From: an uncultured bacterium
GTDB taxonomy: Bacteria > Acidobacteriota > HRBIN11 > JAKEFK01
Length of the DNA stretch: 64,000 bases
Direction: 5' to 3'
NCBI GenBank assembly: GCA_963777505.1
Contig: CAVZQN010000004.1
Coordinates: forward strand, 960,001 to 1,024,000
In this document: positions 61,122 through 64,000 of the stretch, piece by piece
Position numbering within the stretch: position 1 is the stretch's first letter
How the letters are laid out: the number at the start of each line of letters is the position of its first letter
Notes under the pieces: generated by a model
What the model saw: only the letters and a program-made list of their open reading frames with translations
What the model was told of the DNA's origin: nothing
The model's database searches: none
Position numbers and translations under genes: made by a program

Positions 61122-62765
61122 TTATTTTCCTTTCAATGCGGCAAACAGTTTCTTGCCATTCGGAGTGCCCCATCCAGTACAAGGATCCCAGCCCGGCCCC
61201 GCTTTGAAGTGAGTTCCGTTTCTTCCTTTTGTTATGTCGGTAAATGATTCGCTGAAGTTTTTTTGATACAAAAGGGGAGTAAGATAACCGATTCGACAGC
61301 CGAGTTTTTGATTCATCCTTGCGATCAATCCTGCCCACATCGGTGCCGCTGCACTCGTGCCACCCATTGTAATGTCTTGACCGGCAATTCTCATGGAGTA
61401 ACCCGATTCAATATCCGCTTTTGCCGATACATCCGGCACTCCACGTCCGCGTTTCTCTGTTTTGAGTTTTACTTTTGCTGTCGCTTGCCAGTCCGGTTCT
61501 TTAAAAACGGTACTTACTCCACCGCCACTTTGAACAACATATTTTGGTAACGCTTCGTTCCACACGACTTCATTTATTTTTCGTGGACGAGTGATCCAAT
61601 GTGTTCCTCCGCATGAAAGTACATACGGGCTGGTAGCAGGGAAATGCGCGCGTGGTTTACCATTTCTTCCTGGATCATCTCCCTTATCACCTGTGGAAAA
61701 GCAGACAGTGATCCCACGTAAAGCAGCATCCTGAAGCACCTGGTTCAGAATATGAACAACATCCAAAGGCAAGTCTTCTTCAACGGCTCCCCAACTGCAG
61801 GAGATTATTGTGGGTTGATGTTTTGTATTGGTTAGCGCAGACGTAAGGGCATGATACTTTCCCTGTGCATTGTTAGGAGCAAAATAAACGTGGATTTCTG
61901 AAGCGTTTGCAAATGCTCCAGCCAATTGAATATCAAGCGTACTTTCAATTGTCCACATTGCGTGCGCAAGTTCAGATGGATCCATAGTGCTCATAGCTTT
62001 CTTGCGATCATCCGAAATTCCCATCAATTCCAACACTTTGTTAATGGAATTAGCAGACGCAGGATTGTTTCTTTGTCCGTCGATTTCAATCACATTGATT
62101 TTCGGAGTTGGAATTTGATTCGCTCGGAAATATTCGGTGATATCTGTTTGATGAAACCCACCTCCTAGTTCAATCAACGCAATGCGTTGTCCTTCGCCAT
62201 TTACATCGGTAGGAAAGTTGTAGGCCTTCATCACCTCAGCCGTTCTCACATGATGAACCGCATCCTGTTTGGCCACAAAAGTATGGTGCTCCATCAAGTT
62301 CCGATTTTCCAAACCAAGAACGCCTTGAACAATTCCTTTCAAATTCGCAGGGATTTGAATGTCTTCACTATGAGATCGGTATTCGCTGCCTGCGTGAGTG
62401 AACATTTTCAGATTGATGTTAAACGCACGATTGAATTCTGATAGGGAGCCTTTAAGCACGACACAGCGATTTTGCTTTTTGATCTGAACTACACGCAGTC
62501 CATTTTCGTCAGCAAAGCGCTTAACAAGCGCAAGATCTTCGTCCATTGCGCCATGTAATTTCGTAAATTCTGTTAAATCCAAATGGTGACGATTTTGTGG
62601 AAGGTTCGCCGCTAATTCGTTAATTGCTTTTTGCCGCATCTGTTCAGAAGACGCAGGACGGACGGCCACCGTCACATGAATTTGTTCATCTGCTATCGGT
62701 GCTTTGAGTGCACGTGAGCCGTGCGGCTGCCGGCGCTTACTTTTGTAAAGCTTTACGTAATTCAA
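61122..62765 (-). CDS. S53 sedolisin/kumamolisin-like protease with propeptide, no signal peptide
   Basis: IELGGG, ESTLD (Glu/Asp), SWG, GDKG, RGVPDV, GGTSAAAP (Ser), WDPCTGWG. Confidence 0.92.
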   Translation of the reverse strand: MNYVKLYKSKRRQPHGSRALKAPIADEQIHVTVAVRPASSEQMRQKAINELAANLPQNRHHLDLTEFTKLHGAMDEDLALVKRFADENGLRVVQIKKQNRCVVLKGSLSEFNRAFNINLKMFTHAGSEYRSHSEDIQIPANLKGIVQGVLGLENRNLMEHHTFVAKQDAVHHVRTAEVMKAYNFPTDVNGEGQRIALIELGGGFHQTDITEYFRANQIPTPKINVIEIDGQRNNPASANSINKVLELMGISDDRKKAMSTMDPSELAHAMWTIESTLDIQLAGAFANASEIHVYFAPNNAQGKYHALTSALTNTKHQPTIISCSWGAVEEDLPLDVVHILNQVLQDAALRGITVCFSTGDKGDDPGRNGKPRAHFPATSPYVLSCGGTHWITRPRKINEVVWNEALPKYVVQSGGGVSTVFKEPDWQATAKVKLKTEKRGRGVPDVSAKADIESGYSMRIAGQDITMGGTSAAAPMWAGLIARMNQKLGCRIGYLTPLLYQKNFSESFTDITKGRNGTHFKAGPGWDPCTGWGTPNGKKLFAALKGK

Positions 62766-62789
62766 TGACGGCCGCTAAGGATGTCTTGA

Positions 62790-63041
62790 TTAAATGCAGA
62801 TACAGGTATCAGGGTTGTCTGCGCTTGCGGAGAATTTGACTCCATATCTTTTCTTGAAATGATTGCGAAGCTCTTGCCGTGTAAACTTAAATCCTTTTTT
62901 CTTTCCTGCGGCAATCACTTCATTCCAACCTTTCCGTAATCGGCTTCGCAGTACTTTGTTCTTTTCAAGATGATCAACAAAAGCTACCACATCCTTTTTG
63001 GCTGCAGTTGGTTTTTTCTTTTTCACAGTTTTTTTCGCCAT
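62790..63041 (-). CDS. Nif11-like leader RiPP precursor
   Basis: RBS AAGGAG; F...L..N..LR..L...EVIAAGKKKGFKFT.QEL; C-terminus NPDTCICI; lies between YcaO and S53. Confidence 0.72.
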   Translation of the reverse strand: MAKKTVKKKKPTAAKKDVVAFVDHLEKNKVLRSRLRKGWNEVIAAGKKKGFKFTRQELRNHFKKRYGVKFSASADNPDTCICI

Positions 63042-63087
63042 AATCTCCTTCTTTTTATTCCTTGAGAGTTTTATTGGAACCTACATG

Positions 63088-64000
63088 TTAGTTCATAATA
63101 CGGTGTGGGTTCAATTCATGTTGCCTCAATGGAGTTTTCAGCCATCCTAATTGTGCTGGAATATCAAAGAGCCTTCCTTTTGCGAATCGTGCCCAAAACT
63201 GGCGCATGCCTGGCACGATAACTTTAACAACGGGCAAAGCAATATCAGGCCGTGTCTGATTTAGAATCAGTGTTTCCATGTTCCATTTTTCAGCAAGCTT
63301 TACAAATCTCATTATTTCTTTTGAGTAATCAATCCGTCTTCGGCCTGGAAAATCTTCAAAATGTTTTTCAGACACTTTGGGTTCCGGCAGGAGGAATTTC
63401 AACGTATTTAATGTTTCTTCAAAATTTCTACCGGGCGTATCTATAAATTGATTCATTTCCATAAGAGCGCGTGTAACAGCAGCTTGAGGGTCGTAGTCCG
63501 CCGCAAATCCAAAAATGAATTGCGAATGAACATTCATCGAAGATACAGCAGCAAATACCGGAATATCAAAATCGCTTGTAACATCAAAAACCCGGATACT
63601 TCTCCCAAGCTTTCGATATTCTTCTTGAAGCGCTGATACAAATGGTAGGCGAAACGATTCAAGGTCAATGCTTGATCTTTGGATCCGGTTATACCACCAC
63701 AATGCGACTGCGTCGCGTTCAACTAATTCTAAAATCGCATAAAGGATTGCTTCTTCCAGAGTATTTCCACTTGCGTTGCCATTTGAATCAGCGCGACAAA
63801 ACCGCTGTTTGGGAGGAAGAAAATATCCGTAGTAACAGTAAGCTGTTGGAACATACTTCATTGTGTTTTGGGTCAACGACCAGACGGGTGTCCACTCAAT
63901 TTTGCGCGTCTCATTGAATGGTGCCGGGATCCAATCGTTTTGTGAATTCGATTGATTTAACTCCTCACGATTTTTGTACTGCGAATCGCTGAAATTCAAA
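63088..64000 (-). CDS. YcaO cyclodehydratase (TOMM-type), C-terminal part, 5'-partial
   Basis: FS..QY..RE, IEWTPVWSLT, SNGNASGNTLEEAI...ELVERDA, PG.R.FW.RF..GRL.D.P..LGW. Confidence 0.92.
   Translation of the reverse strand, partial: LNFSDSQYKNREELNQSNSQNDWIPAPFNETRKIEWTPVWSLTQNTMKYVPTAYCYYGYFLPPKQRFCRADSNGNASGNTLEEAILYAILELVERDAVALWWYNRIQRSSIDLESFRLPFVSALQEEYRKLGRSIRVFDVTSDFDIPVFAAVSSMNVHSQFIFGFAADYDPQAAVTRALMEMNQFIDTPGRNFEETLNTLKFLLPEPKVSEKHFEDFPGRRRIDYSKEIMRFVKLAEKWNMETLILNQTRPDIALPVVKVIVPGMRQFWARFAKGRLFDIPAQLGWLKTPLRQHELNPHRIMN

Noticed and set aside
1839-63917. Numerous short overlapping or antisense ORFs in the track (e.g. 1894..2292, 14179..14736, 49478..50029, 59855..60421)
   Set aside because: They are shadows of longer, well-supported genes and lack motifs or RBS.

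Overview
Bacterial window, probably Acidobacteriota (PadR plus a duplicated orphan permease, an Oar-like TonB receptor, kinase-TPR proteins). It starts in the 3' end of glmU, and glmS lies about 9.6 kb downstream. The main discovery sits between them: a putative RiPP locus. It has a 301-aa precursor with four identical Cys/Thr-rich 54-aa repeats, a LanM-like enzyme with reversed domain order (LanC cyclase N-terminal, DUF4135 dehydratase C-terminal), an MBL-fold metalloenzyme and two 2OG-Fe(II) oxygenases, with no obvious transporter or LanP. The precursor N-terminus shares a motif with other effector-like proteins in the window. A second RiPP operon lies at the right edge (YcaO, a Nif11-leader precursor ending DTCICI, and an S53 sedolisin). 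Also present: a probable selenocysteine rhodanese (C-T-TGA plus SECIS-like hairpin), a ~170-aa C-terminal domain shared by two unrelated secreted enzymes, three genes split by +1 insertions, and several REP-like and heptamer repeat families. All calls come from reading motifs by eye; no database searches were run.
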